Notes under the pieces: model-generated
Databases searched by the model: none
Seen by the model: the letters and a program-made list of their open reading frames with translations, nothing else
What the model was told of the DNA's origin: nothing
Made by a program: the position numbers and the translations under genes
Part shown: positions 55,779 to 64,000 of the stretch, in pieces
How the letters are laid out: the number at the start of each line of letters is the position of its first letter
Position numbering within the stretch: position 1 is the stretch's first letter
DNA from: Prochlorococcus sp. AG-412-P08
GTDB lineage: Bacteria; Cyanobacteriota; Cyanobacteriia; PCC-6307; Cyanobiaceae
Direction of reading: 5' to 3'
NCBI GenBank assembly: GCA_003214695.1
Contig: QCLI01000002.1
Location: forward strand, 4,226 to 68,225
Length of the DNA stretch: 64,000 nucleotides

Positions 55779-56258
55779 CTAATAATCACCTTGCAGTTTT
55801 ATCGCAATTTTTTTTGAAAAGCTTACCGCTATATCATCTACTCGTTCATTATCAGGATCACCACTATGACCTTTGACATATTGGAGAGTCACATTAGATA
55901 AACGAGAGTTGTCTAATGCTTTCCATAAATCTTGATTGAGGACCTCCTTCCCTGAGGCAGTTTTCCACCCCTTCCTTTTCCATCCTTTTATCCAAGTATT
56001 AAAACCATCAATAAGATATTTGCTATCTGTGCGGACTGAAAGCGTTGGGTGCCTATCAAGTATTTTTAACTGCTTGAAAATCTCTAGTGCAGCTTGAAGT
56101 TCCATGCGGTTATTTGTTGTTTGAGCTTCATAGCCACCAAATTCTTGAACGGCTCCATCTTCGAAACGTATGAGTGCTCCCCAACCACCTGGGCCAGGAT
56201 TCCCGCTACAAGCTCCATCAGTGGCTGCTGCTATTACTCGACCATGTTCTTTGAGCAT
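55779..56258 (-). CDS. rnhA: Ribonuclease HI
   Basis: [27 protein letters not shown] and VKGHSG...NE..D; ATG at 56258 chosen because the longer ORF start crosses a terminator. Confidence 0.95.
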   Translation of the reverse strand: MLKEHGRVIAAATDGACSGNPGPGGWGALIRFEDGAVQEFGGYEAQTTNNRMELQAALEIFKQLKILDRHPTLSVRTDSKYLIDGFNTWIKGWKRKGWKTASGKEVLNQDLWKALDNSRLSNVTLQYVKGHSGDPDNERVDDIAVSFSKKIAIKLQGDY

Positions 56259-56260
56259 TG

Positions 56261-56289
56261 AAAAAAATAGCCGGCCAAAGATGACCGGC
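56261..56289 (-). terminator. Intrinsic terminator downstream of rplL
   Basis: Minus strand reads GCCGGTCA-TCTT-TGGCCGGC-TA-TTTTTTT: 8-bp stem (one G-U pair) plus U tract. Confidence 0.8.
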
Positions 56290-56335
56290 GATAGAGAACA
56301 GATGATAGACCTTATTCTCAAATAATAGTTAGGAA

Positions 56336-56725
56336 TTACTTAAGAGTTACTTTGCCGCCCACGTCTTCTATTGCTTTTTTCAGTGCTTCAGCTTCCTCTT
56401 TTGCAATGCCTTCTTTTATGGTTTTAGGCGCTGCCTCTACCATTGCTTTTGCATCACCTAATCCTAGGCCAGTAGCGTTTCTTACTTCTTTAAGGACTTT
56501 GATTTTGGCTGAAGCATCGAAGCTTTCAAGCACAACATCAAACTCAGTTTTTTCTTCAGCGGCAGCTTCACCACCACCGGCAGCTCCTGGTGCTGCCATA
56601 ACAACTCCAGCAGAAGCAGCGGCAGAGACACCAAAGGTCTCTTCTATTTGCTTTACAAGCTCTGAGGCTTCTAGCAGGGAAAGAGTTTTAAGGGACTCTA
56701 AAATCTCGTCTGTTTTTGAAGACAT
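56336..56725 (-). CDS. rplL: 50S ribosomal protein L7/L12
   Basis: [16 protein letters not shown] and TGLGL..AK. Confidence 0.98.
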   Translation of the reverse strand: MSSKTDEILESLKTLSLLEASELVKQIEETFGVSAAASAGVVMAAPGAAGGGEAAAEEKTEFDVVLESFDASAKIKVLKEVRNATGLGLGDAKAMVEAAPKTIKEGIAKEEAEALKKAIEDVGGKVTLK

Positions 56726-56780
56726 GATTGGAATACAACAAGTATTTGGGAGAAAAAGTTTTAGTCGAAGATTTTGCTAG

Positions 56781-57308
56781 TTAGCTTTCGCTACTTTCAG
56801 CATGTTGCTTAAGCGATCTTGCTATACCGGAGGGAACCTCATTAATACCAACAGCAATTTTTGTAGTGATGGAATTTAATGCGCCAGCAATTTGTGCCAT
56901 GAGTGCTTCTCTCGAAGGTAGAGCAGCAATTGCTTTTATTTCATCCTGAGAAAGAAGTTTGCCTTCAAAAAGCCCTCCTTTTGTCTCGGATTTGTTGGTT
57001 TCCTTTTGGAATGATTGGACTGCCTTAAGAGCACTTCCTACATCGCCTTTTACAAGAACAAATGCATTGGTGCCAGTTAATAAAGATTCAAGGCCGTTCC
57101 AAGAAGCATCTCCATTAATTGCTTTACGCATCAAGGTGTTTTTAGTTACCTTGCATATGCCTTTGCTTGGCTCTAGACGAGCACGCAAGTCAGACATTTC
57201 TTTAATGGATAAGCCCTTGTAATCAAGAACTAAAGCCATTTCGGCTTCATCGAGGAGGCCTTTAATCTCTTCGACAATTTGTTTTTTGCTCTCCAGCGTG
57301 CGGCCCAT
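56781..57308 (-). CDS. rplJ: 50S ribosomal protein L10
   Basis: [20 protein letters not shown] and LPSRE.L; ATG at 57308. Confidence 0.97.
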   Translation of the reverse strand: MGRTLESKKQIVEEIKGLLDEAEMALVLDYKGLSIKEMSDLRARLEPSKGICKVTKNTLMRKAINGDASWNGLESLLTGTNAFVLVKGDVGSALKAVQSFQKETNKSETKGGLFEGKLLSQDEIKAIAALPSREALMAQIAGALNSITTKIAVGINEVPSGIARSLKQHAESSES

Positions 57309-57344
57309 AGTGATTGGATCGAATCGGGGGAAGAAGCCGGACAC

Positions 57345-57505
57345 ACGGCCGTTTAATCTCTACTTTCTTAAGAGACGAGGCCGCTATTGATTCAATCCAA
57401 TTTTGGAAAATCTTTGCGTTTACCTCGGCAGGATTTCAATTAATTAACCTAAAAATTAATTCAGATTAATTGCAACCTGCTGTCTTTGGCCGGGCGCATG
57501 CCCGT
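57345..57505 (-). ncRNA. L10 leader cis-regulatory RNA
   Basis: Minus strand CCAAAGACAGCAGG...CCTGCCGAGGT (57490-57422), the kink-turn core of L10 leaders, lying between rplA and rplJ; outer bounds approximate. Confidence 0.85.
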
Positions 57506-57546
57506 TTGGAATTAACCAATCTACTAACGATACAACAAAGAGGTTC

Positions 57547-58251
57547 CTAATCTTCTTTTTTGTCTTGCAAAGAAGCCAAATCTACTTCAACAGAAGCTCC
57601 CATTGTCGAAGTTATATAAAAGCTTTTCCAGTATCGTCCTTTTGCTCCACTTGGCTTATTTTTATCAATAGTCTCAAATAAGACTTTAAGATTCTCTAGA
57701 AGGTCCTCTGCAGAAAAACTGGCTTTTCCAAAACGGACATGAACAATTCCAGCTTTATCTGCTCTGAATTCAAGTTTTCCAGCTTTGAATTCTTGTATGG
57801 CTCCATTTAGATCTGTAGTTACAGTGCCAGCTTTAGGATTTGGCATTAGCCCTCTAGGACCAAGTACTCTTCCTAGTTTTGCAACTTTGGGCATCATATC
57901 TGGTGTGGATATGAGCAGATCAAAGTTCATTTCTCCTTTATTTATTTTTTCTATTAAATCTTCTTCTCCTGCTAGATCTGCACCTGATTGACTGGCCTCA
58001 GCAACCTTTTCACCTTTTGCTATAACAGCAATTCGTACTTTTTGACCAGTCCCTTTTGGAAGTGCAACTGTTGTTCTCAATTGCTGGTCAGTGTATTTGG
58101 GATCAATACCTAGGCGAATGTGAGCTTCAATTGTTTCATCGAATTTCGCATTGGCATTGTCTTTAACTAACTGGATTGCTTCTAAAGGGAGATATGACCT
58201 TTCCTCGACTTTGGAGGATAGGGCGACCATTCTTTTTGAAGTTTTTGTCAT
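57547..58251 (-). CDS. rplA: 50S ribosomal protein L1
   Basis: [31 protein letters not shown] and STMG; ATG at 58251. Confidence 0.98.
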   Translation of the reverse strand: MTKTSKRMVALSSKVEERSYLPLEAIQLVKDNANAKFDETIEAHIRLGIDPKYTDQQLRTTVALPKGTGQKVRIAVIAKGEKVAEASQSGADLAGEEDLIEKINKGEMNFDLLISTPDMMPKVAKLGRVLGPRGLMPNPKAGTVTTDLNGAIQEFKAGKLEFRADKAGIVHVRFGKASFSAEDLLENLKVLFETIDKNKPSGAKGRYWKSFYITSTMGASVEVDLASLQDKKED

Positions 58252-58260
58252 GATATTTTT

Positions 58261-58289
58261 GGGGTTCAAGCGACAGGTTTGTCTCCCCC
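58261..58289 (-). promoter_or_regulatory. L1-binding leader hairpin upstream of rplA
   Basis: Minus strand GGGGGAGAC-AAACCT-GTC-GCTTGAACCCC: two helices flanking an asymmetric loop, 9 nt before the rplA ATG. Confidence 0.7.
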
Positions 58290-58334
58290 TTTAATGGTGG
58301 GTAAAGTTACTTGGTAAGAAAACTGGTAAGAGAA

Positions 58335-58760
58335 TTAATCACTTACAGAAACGCCCATATTGCGAGCAGTCCCTTCAATTACCTTCATAGCAGATTCAAC
58401 ATTATTACAGTTGAGATCGGGCAATTTGGTTTTTGCAATTTCTTCTAGTTGTGCACGGTTAATACTACCTGCTTGACCTTTTGCTGACTCTCCAGAACCT
58501 TTAGCTATTCCTGCAGCTTTTGTAATTAATACTGAGGCTGGAGGGGTTTTAGTTATAAAAGTGAAACTTCTGTCTTCAAAAACAGAAATCTCAACAGGGA
58601 TCACTAAGCCTGCTTTTTCTTGGGTTCTGGCATTGTATTCCTTGCAAAAAGCCATAATGTTGACTCCATGCTGACCTAGGGCCGGACCAACTGGAGGAGC
58701 AGGGTTTGCTTTGCCTGCTTGAAGGGCCAATTTGATCACAGCTACAACTTTCTTTGCCAT
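58335..58760 (-). CDS. rplK: 50S ribosomal protein L11
   Basis: [22 protein letters not shown] and GTARNMG. Confidence 0.98.
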   Translation of the reverse strand: MAKKVVAVIKLALQAGKANPAPPVGPALGQHGVNIMAFCKEYNARTQEKAGLVIPVEISVFEDRSFTFITKTPPASVLITKAAGIAKGSGESAKGQAGSINRAQLEEIAKTKLPDLNCNNVESAMKVIEGTARNMGVSVSD

Positions 58761-58877
58761 CTTTAATTTAGGAAATGATTAATTACGGATTACCTTGTAA
58801 AAGGAAAAATTTGAAAAGGCTATGGCAAACCTACTTCATTTGCATGCCCACTAATTAATTAATGAGCAATTAATGAG

Positions 58878-59537
58878 TTAGTTCTGTTTATTGATTTGAG
58901 AGAATTCTAGCTCTACTGGCGTTTCTCTTCCAAAAATTGAAAGAAGAGCTTTCAGCTTGTTTCGCTCCCCAGAAACCTCAATTACTTCTCCTTGGAAATC
59001 TTTAAATGGCCCTGCCGTGACAAGAATCTTATCTCCTTCGGCTAAATCGAGTTTTACAACTGTTTTCTTTTCTGCTGCCCGTTTAAAAATCCTATTAACT
59101 TCTTGCCTACTTAGTGGCCTTGGCTTTATATGACCTCTTCCTCTACCAGTTGCCCTACGATCTTCAGCTCCAACAAAGTTGATGACATTTGGTGTACTTC
59201 GAACAGCCATCATTGTGTCTTCATCAAGCACCATTCGCACAAGTACGTATCCAGGGAAGACTTTCTCTTCAGTAGATTGCCTGCTCCCATCTTTTTTTAC
59301 TTTTACAGCAGGCGTTTGAGGGATTTCTATCTCTAGGATTCTATTGCTAACACCTAATGTGACAGCTCTTTGCTCAAGAGTGGCTTTGACTTTCTTTTCA
59401 CAACTTGAAGCAACTTGAATTGCATACCAGCGGGCAATAGTTGTTTTTCCAGTAAAAACGCTGTCCTCTTTATTAGAGGGAGGTGTTATATCCATTACCT
59501 GACTAGAATCTTGGAGTATGGGATCAATTTCTGACAC
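58878..59537 (-). CDS. nusG: Transcription termination/antitermination factor NusG
   Basis: RWYAIQV.S, FPGYVLV, KOW motif GPFKDFQG and IFGRETPVEL. Confidence 0.97.
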   Translation of the reverse strand: MSEIDPILQDSSQVMDITPPSNKEDSVFTGKTTIARWYAIQVASSCEKKVKATLEQRAVTLGVSNRILEIEIPQTPAVKVKKDGSRQSTEEKVFPGYVLVRMVLDEDTMMAVRSTPNVINFVGAEDRRATGRGRGHIKPRPLSRQEVNRIFKRAAEKKTVVKLDLAEGDKILVTAGPFKDFQGEVIEVSGERNKLKALLSIFGRETPVELEFSQINKQN

Positions 59538-59593
59538 GTTTGTGATGGGAATTTAAGTGAGTTGTAAAGAAGAAGATTTTGAACTGTTTTGAT

Positions 59594-59836
59594 TCAAGGG
59601 AAGATGTGTGATGCCCCCCAGCCAAAGAAACGGCTCACTGAGGCTATTAATGCTGCTGATAGTGTAACCATTAAAATCACTGCTACCGACTCGCTAAAGA
59701 GTTGTTGCCGACTTGGCCAAACAACTAGTTTTAATTCATCAACAGTTGAGCCAAGAAAGTTTTTCTTAGGAGAGGGTTTCTCTTTCTCAGGTGGAGAAAG
59801 GGAATTGGAGGTGTCTTGAGGAGTTGAGCTTGTCAC
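59594..59836 (-). CDS. secE: Preprotein translocase subunit SecE
   Basis: ELKLVVWPSRQQL plus a single TM helix; directly upstream of nusG. Confidence 0.93.
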   Translation of the reverse strand: MTSSTPQDTSNSLSPPEKEKPSPKKNFLGSTVDELKLVVWPSRQQLFSESVAVILMVTLSAALIASVSRFFGWGASHIFP

Positions 59837-59917
59837 GATATATCAGCCTGAGGTTAATGATGCCTTAGCGAATGCAATGGCTGTTCATAAATAATAGGTT
59901 AGTAGCTAGGCAAATTG

Positions 59918-62686
59918 TTAGTTTTCTGCACAAAACTCTAATGATTTGGGCCTCTCTTTAGAAGTGCTTACTCTTACTGCCTTTGCGCCTATAAATTGGT
60001 TTTCTAATAATTTAGTTGCCAAGGGATTCTCTATACGCCTTCTAAGAATACGCCTTAAAGGTCTGGCACCATATTCAGGCTCATAGGCTTCTATTGCAAG
60101 ACTTTCAATTGTTGACTCGTCTACGCGAAGCTCTAAGTTTTGTTCTCCTAATAAATCTGTTAATTCATTTAATTGGAGCTTGATTATTTTTTTAAGATTA
60201 TTTTGCGTGAGGGGGTTAAAACGAATAACCTCATCAACTCGATTTAAGAATTCAGGACGAAAATTTTTGCTTAATGCATCATTAATACTATTTTCCAATT
60301 TTAAGTTTAGTTGAACTTGATTTTCTGTTTGAACCTGGGATAATTTTGCATTTTCTAGAATTTCTCTGCTTGCAAGATTGCTGGTCATGACAACTACAGT
60401 GTGGCGAAAATCGATTGTTCTGCCTTGCGAATCGGTTAAACGACCATCGTCTAAAACTTGTAAAAGTATATTGAATACATCTGGATGAGCTTTTTCTATT
60501 TCATCTAGTAATAAGACCGCATATGGCCTGCTACGAATTTCTTCGGTGAGTTGTCCTCCTTGCTCATATCCAACATATCCAGGAGGAGCGCCAATTAGCC
60601 GAGCTACTGCATTTCTTTCCATGAATTCACTCATGTCTAGCCTGAGCAAAGCTTCTGATTCATCAAATAGAGATGCAGCAAGTGTTTTAGCAAGTTCTGT
60701 TTTACCAACACCTGTTGGTCCAAGAAACATAAAAGACCCTATAGGTCTTCGACTATCTTTCATGCCAGCACGCGCTCTCTTAATTGCTGCAGCAACAGCT
60801 TTAACAGCCTCTTTTTGACCAATGACTTTATTTGACAAGTCTTTCTCAAGATTTAATAGTTTTTGTCTTTCTTCAGCAAGTACTTTATTAACTGGTATAC
60901 CTGTCCACCGAGCAACAACATCTGCAATATCTTCTGATTCAACATGTTCTTTAATTATTGATTTCCCATCACGCTTCAAGGTTTCCCTTTCGCTAGAGAT
61001 TAAATTTATTCTTTTCTGTAAATGATGCAGTTCATTATATTGAAGCCTTGCAGCTTCCTCTAGTTGGCCACTGAGCTCAGCTTCAGCAATAGATAGATTG
61101 ATATCCTTTTCTTGAAAAGAAAGTTCCTTTAGTTCAGCTAAGATCTCTTTTTCATTATTCCATCTTTCGTTTAGATCATTTAACTTATGCTCTAAAAGAT
61201 ATTTCTCCTTCAGATATTCTTCTTTATTGTGATTCAGTGCTTCCTCATCATCTTTTAATAAAATAGATTCTATCTTGTTAAGACTTAACTCTGTTTCCTG
61301 AATAAGTTTAGGCTTAGTTGTTGATTCCATTCTAATTTGAGCTGCAGCTTCATCAATAAGATCAATTGCTTTGTCTGGGAGACAACGATCACTTATATAT
61401 CTATCAGCAAGACGAGTTGCTGTTATTAAAGATTCATCAGTAATAATTACTTCATGATGTTTTTCATAACGTTCTTTAATTCCTCTTAGTATTTCTATGC
61501 TTAATTCAAGAGAGGGTTCTTTAATATGAACTTGTTGAAACCTTCTATTGAGAGCTTGATCTTTCTCGATAGTTTTTCGATAACTTTCAGGTGTTGTAGC
61601 TCCAATACATCTTATGTCCCCGTTTGCTAGGACAGGTTTTAATAAACTTCCTGCATCAGTACTGGATCTTTCATTACTTATAATTGTATGCAAATCGTCA
61701 ATAAATAAAACAACGCCTGCACTAGGATTGCTAGCTTCTTTAAGAACTGATCTAAAGCGCTCTTCGAATTGTCCACGAAATTTTGTCCCAGCTATTAAGG
61801 CACCTATATCTAGTAAAATAATCTTTAAACCCTTGACTGAATCAGGGATATCACCATTAATAATTCTTTGAGCTAATAATTCAGCGATTGCTGTTTTTCC
61901 TACACCAGATGAGCCTATTAGTACTGGGTTATTTTTACCTCTTCTAGATAATACTTTTATGGTCAGTTGAATTTCTTGGTCCCTGCCGATTACTGGATCA
62001 AGCTCACCATTTTCTGCGGCAAGAGTAAGATCTTTTCCATATAATTCTAGTGGATTAGATTCTTGTTCTAATTGTAGCTGAGTGTTTTCAGTTGTGTTCT
62101 TATTATCTATAGTAATTTTATTTATTTCATTTTTATTTGTTTCATTATTATTGGAAATTATTGAGTTTTTTTGAGATTTAAATACAGGTTCCTTTGCTGT
62201 TCTTTGGACAACTGGTTTTGGAAGACTTTTCAATTCTCCTTCTAAGATTTCACTTGTTAAACCAAGCTCGTTAAAAAGTTCAGAACCAATTCGCTTGTCC
62301 CTACCAATTGCAATAAGTATGTGTGATATTTCAATAAATCTTGACCCCCAACTTCCTCGAAATGCATCTGCTTTATCGAGAAGTATCTCTAGGTCTTCAC
62401 CAATAAATAATTCTAATGAATTGGAAGATTGAATATTTGCAAGAAATTCTTCTAATTTGTCTAGTAGTTCTAAGTCGTTAACTGGAAGTGCTTGAACTAG
62501 ATCACGATACTTTTCATTATTAAATAGAACTTGTAGAAGATGCTCTACATCGAAATATTCATGTTTCCATCTACGTGCTTCTTGTTCACCACTGAGCAAG
62601 AGATTCCAAGCATCATCACTAAAACGATCAGGATTAGAAGTTAGGCTCAGGGACATTGATAGTGATTGGGTTGTCTGATATGGCAT
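59918..62686 (-). CDS. clpB: ClpB-family AAA+ chaperone (ClpB2 type)
   Basis: LDPVIGRD, KNNPVLIG, LPDKAIDLIDEA, coiled-coil middle domain, GPTGVGKT, PPGYVGY and GARPLRR; start may be 62656. Confidence 0.92.
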   Translation of the reverse strand: MPYQTTQSLSMSLSLTSNPDRFSDDAWNLLLSGEQEARRWKHEYFDVEHLLQVLFNNEKYRDLVQALPVNDLELLDKLEEFLANIQSSNSLELFIGEDLEILLDKADAFRGSWGSRFIEISHILIAIGRDKRIGSELFNELGLTSEILEGELKSLPKPVVQRTAKEPVFKSQKNSIISNNNETNKNEINKITIDNKNTTENTQLQLEQESNPLELYGKDLTLAAENGELDPVIGRDQEIQLTIKVLSRRGKNNPVLIGSSGVGKTAIAELLAQRIINGDIPDSVKGLKIILLDIGALIAGTKFRGQFEERFRSVLKEASNPSAGVVLFIDDLHTIISNERSSTDAGSLLKPVLANGDIRCIGATTPESYRKTIEKDQALNRRFQQVHIKEPSLELSIEILRGIKERYEKHHEVIITDESLITATRLADRYISDRCLPDKAIDLIDEAAAQIRMESTTKPKLIQETELSLNKIESILLKDDEEALNHNKEEYLKEKYLLEHKLNDLNERWNNEKEILAELKELSFQEKDINLSIAEAELSGQLEEAARLQYNELHHLQKRINLISSERETLKRDGKSIIKEHVESEDIADVVARWTGIPVNKVLAEERQKLLNLEKDLSNKVIGQKEAVKAVAAAIKRARAGMKDSRRPIGSFMFLGPTGVGKTELAKTLAASLFDESEALLRLDMSEFMERNAVARLIGAPPGYVGYEQGGQLTEEIRSRPYAVLLLDEIEKAHPDVFNILLQVLDDGRLTDSQGRTIDFRHTVVVMTSNLASREILENAKLSQVQTENQVQLNLKLENSINDALSKNFRPEFLNRVDEVIRFNPLTQNNLKKIIKLQLNELTDLLGEQNLELRVDESTIESLAIEAYEPEYGARPLRRILRRRIENPLATKLLENQFIGAKAVRVSTSKERPKSLEFCAEN

Positions 62687-62691
62687 TTGAG

Positions 62692-63093
62692 TTAACTATT
62701 TTGTTCTCTAGATGAAAGATCAATTAATTCAATTTTGTAGGAATCGGGGTCTTCAATGAAAGCAATAATTGTTTTACCATGTTTCATTGGCCCGGGCTTT
62801 CGATGAATTTTGTAGCCATTTTTTTCAATTGATGCACAGGTTTTATAAATATTTTGAACACCTAGGGCAATATGACCAAAACCATTTCCTATATCATAAT
62901 CTTTAGTATCCCAATTATGAGTTAACTCAAGAACAGAGGACTCTTCTTCGGGTCCATAACCAAGAAATGCAAGCGTAAAACGTCCTGTAGGGTAATCTTT
63001 TTGTCTTAAGAGTTTCATACCTAATATTTTGCAGTAAAACCAAATTGATTTTTCTAAATCAGTAACACGAAGCATGGTATGAAGGATTCGCAT
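62692..63093 (-). CDS. gloA: Lactoylglutathione lyase (glyoxalase I)
   Basis: LHTMLRV, LELTHNW, GFGHIAL and EDPD.YKIELI. Confidence 0.95.
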   Translation of the reverse strand: MRILHTMLRVTDLEKSIWFYCKILGMKLLRQKDYPTGRFTLAFLGYGPEEESSVLELTHNWDTKDYDIGNGFGHIALGVQNIYKTCASIEKNGYKIHRKPGPMKHGKTIIAFIEDPDSYKIELIDLSSREQNS

Positions 63094-63130
63094 GTTTTAG
63101 GAACTCTTTAATTTGAAGTTATCTCCATTC

Positions 63131-63164
63131 TGCCTGGAGGTTTCATTTTTGAAAAAGCCAGGCA
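63131..63164. repeat. Interrupted palindrome in the gloA/eno divergent spacer
   Basis: TGCCTGG-agg-TTTCA-tttt-TGAAA-aag-CCAGGCA. Confidence 0.75.
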
Positions 63165-63224
63165 AATGCCAAAACCCTAAAAAAGTCTAAGTAAATGGGC
63201 CCGAGAGCTCATAAGATCTAATAA

Positions 63225-64000
<776 letters not shown>

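Noticed and set aside
56352-56780. 142-aa + strand ORF and similar shadow ORFs (e.g. 4527-4775, 16173-16424, 31007-31390, 33255-33668, 39067-39438, 56959-57222, 60546-60818)
   Set aside because: They are antisense or off-frame to well-conserved genes, have no recognisable motifs, and are expected by-products of codon bias.
58851-58880. AATTAATGAG tandem repeat at the nusG 3' end
   Set aside because: Low-complexity A/T sequence with only two copies; probably chance or slippage.
59837-59917. Possible tRNA-Trp upstream of secE, as in many bacteria
   Set aside because: The 81-bp spacer has no cloverleaf or GTTCRA T-loop on either strand.

Overview
This is a gene-dense, AT-rich (roughly 37-38% GC by eye) core-genome segment of a marine picocyanobacterium. 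Gene order, protein style and GC suggest a low-light Prochlorococcus (inference). It runs from pds (partial) to eno (partial). Main content: NDH-1 subunits (ndhM, F1, D1, E, G, I, A, H), rbcR, a probable Z-ISO, scpA, cugP, metF, pedR, a CYTH protein with nadK, gltA, trpB, cysC, purE, nagA, chlM, a phylloquinone/menaquinone cluster, gshB-grxC, prfB with its +1 frameshift, argS, nadC, mnmE, rel/spoT, pgk, murG, pyrD, rnhA, the secE-nusG-rplKAJL cluster, clpB2 and gloA. I saw no rRNA, tRNA, CRISPR array, integrase, transposase, phage or defence gene, and I found no convincing undescribed multi-gene system. The best leads are small-scale: a textbook NtcA-type promoter before ndhD1, a ClpB paralog with a degenerate first ATPase module, an intrinsic terminator abutting the rnhA start, a secreted MBL-fold protein lacking its metal motif, L1 and L10 leader RNAs, and several intergenic palindromes.
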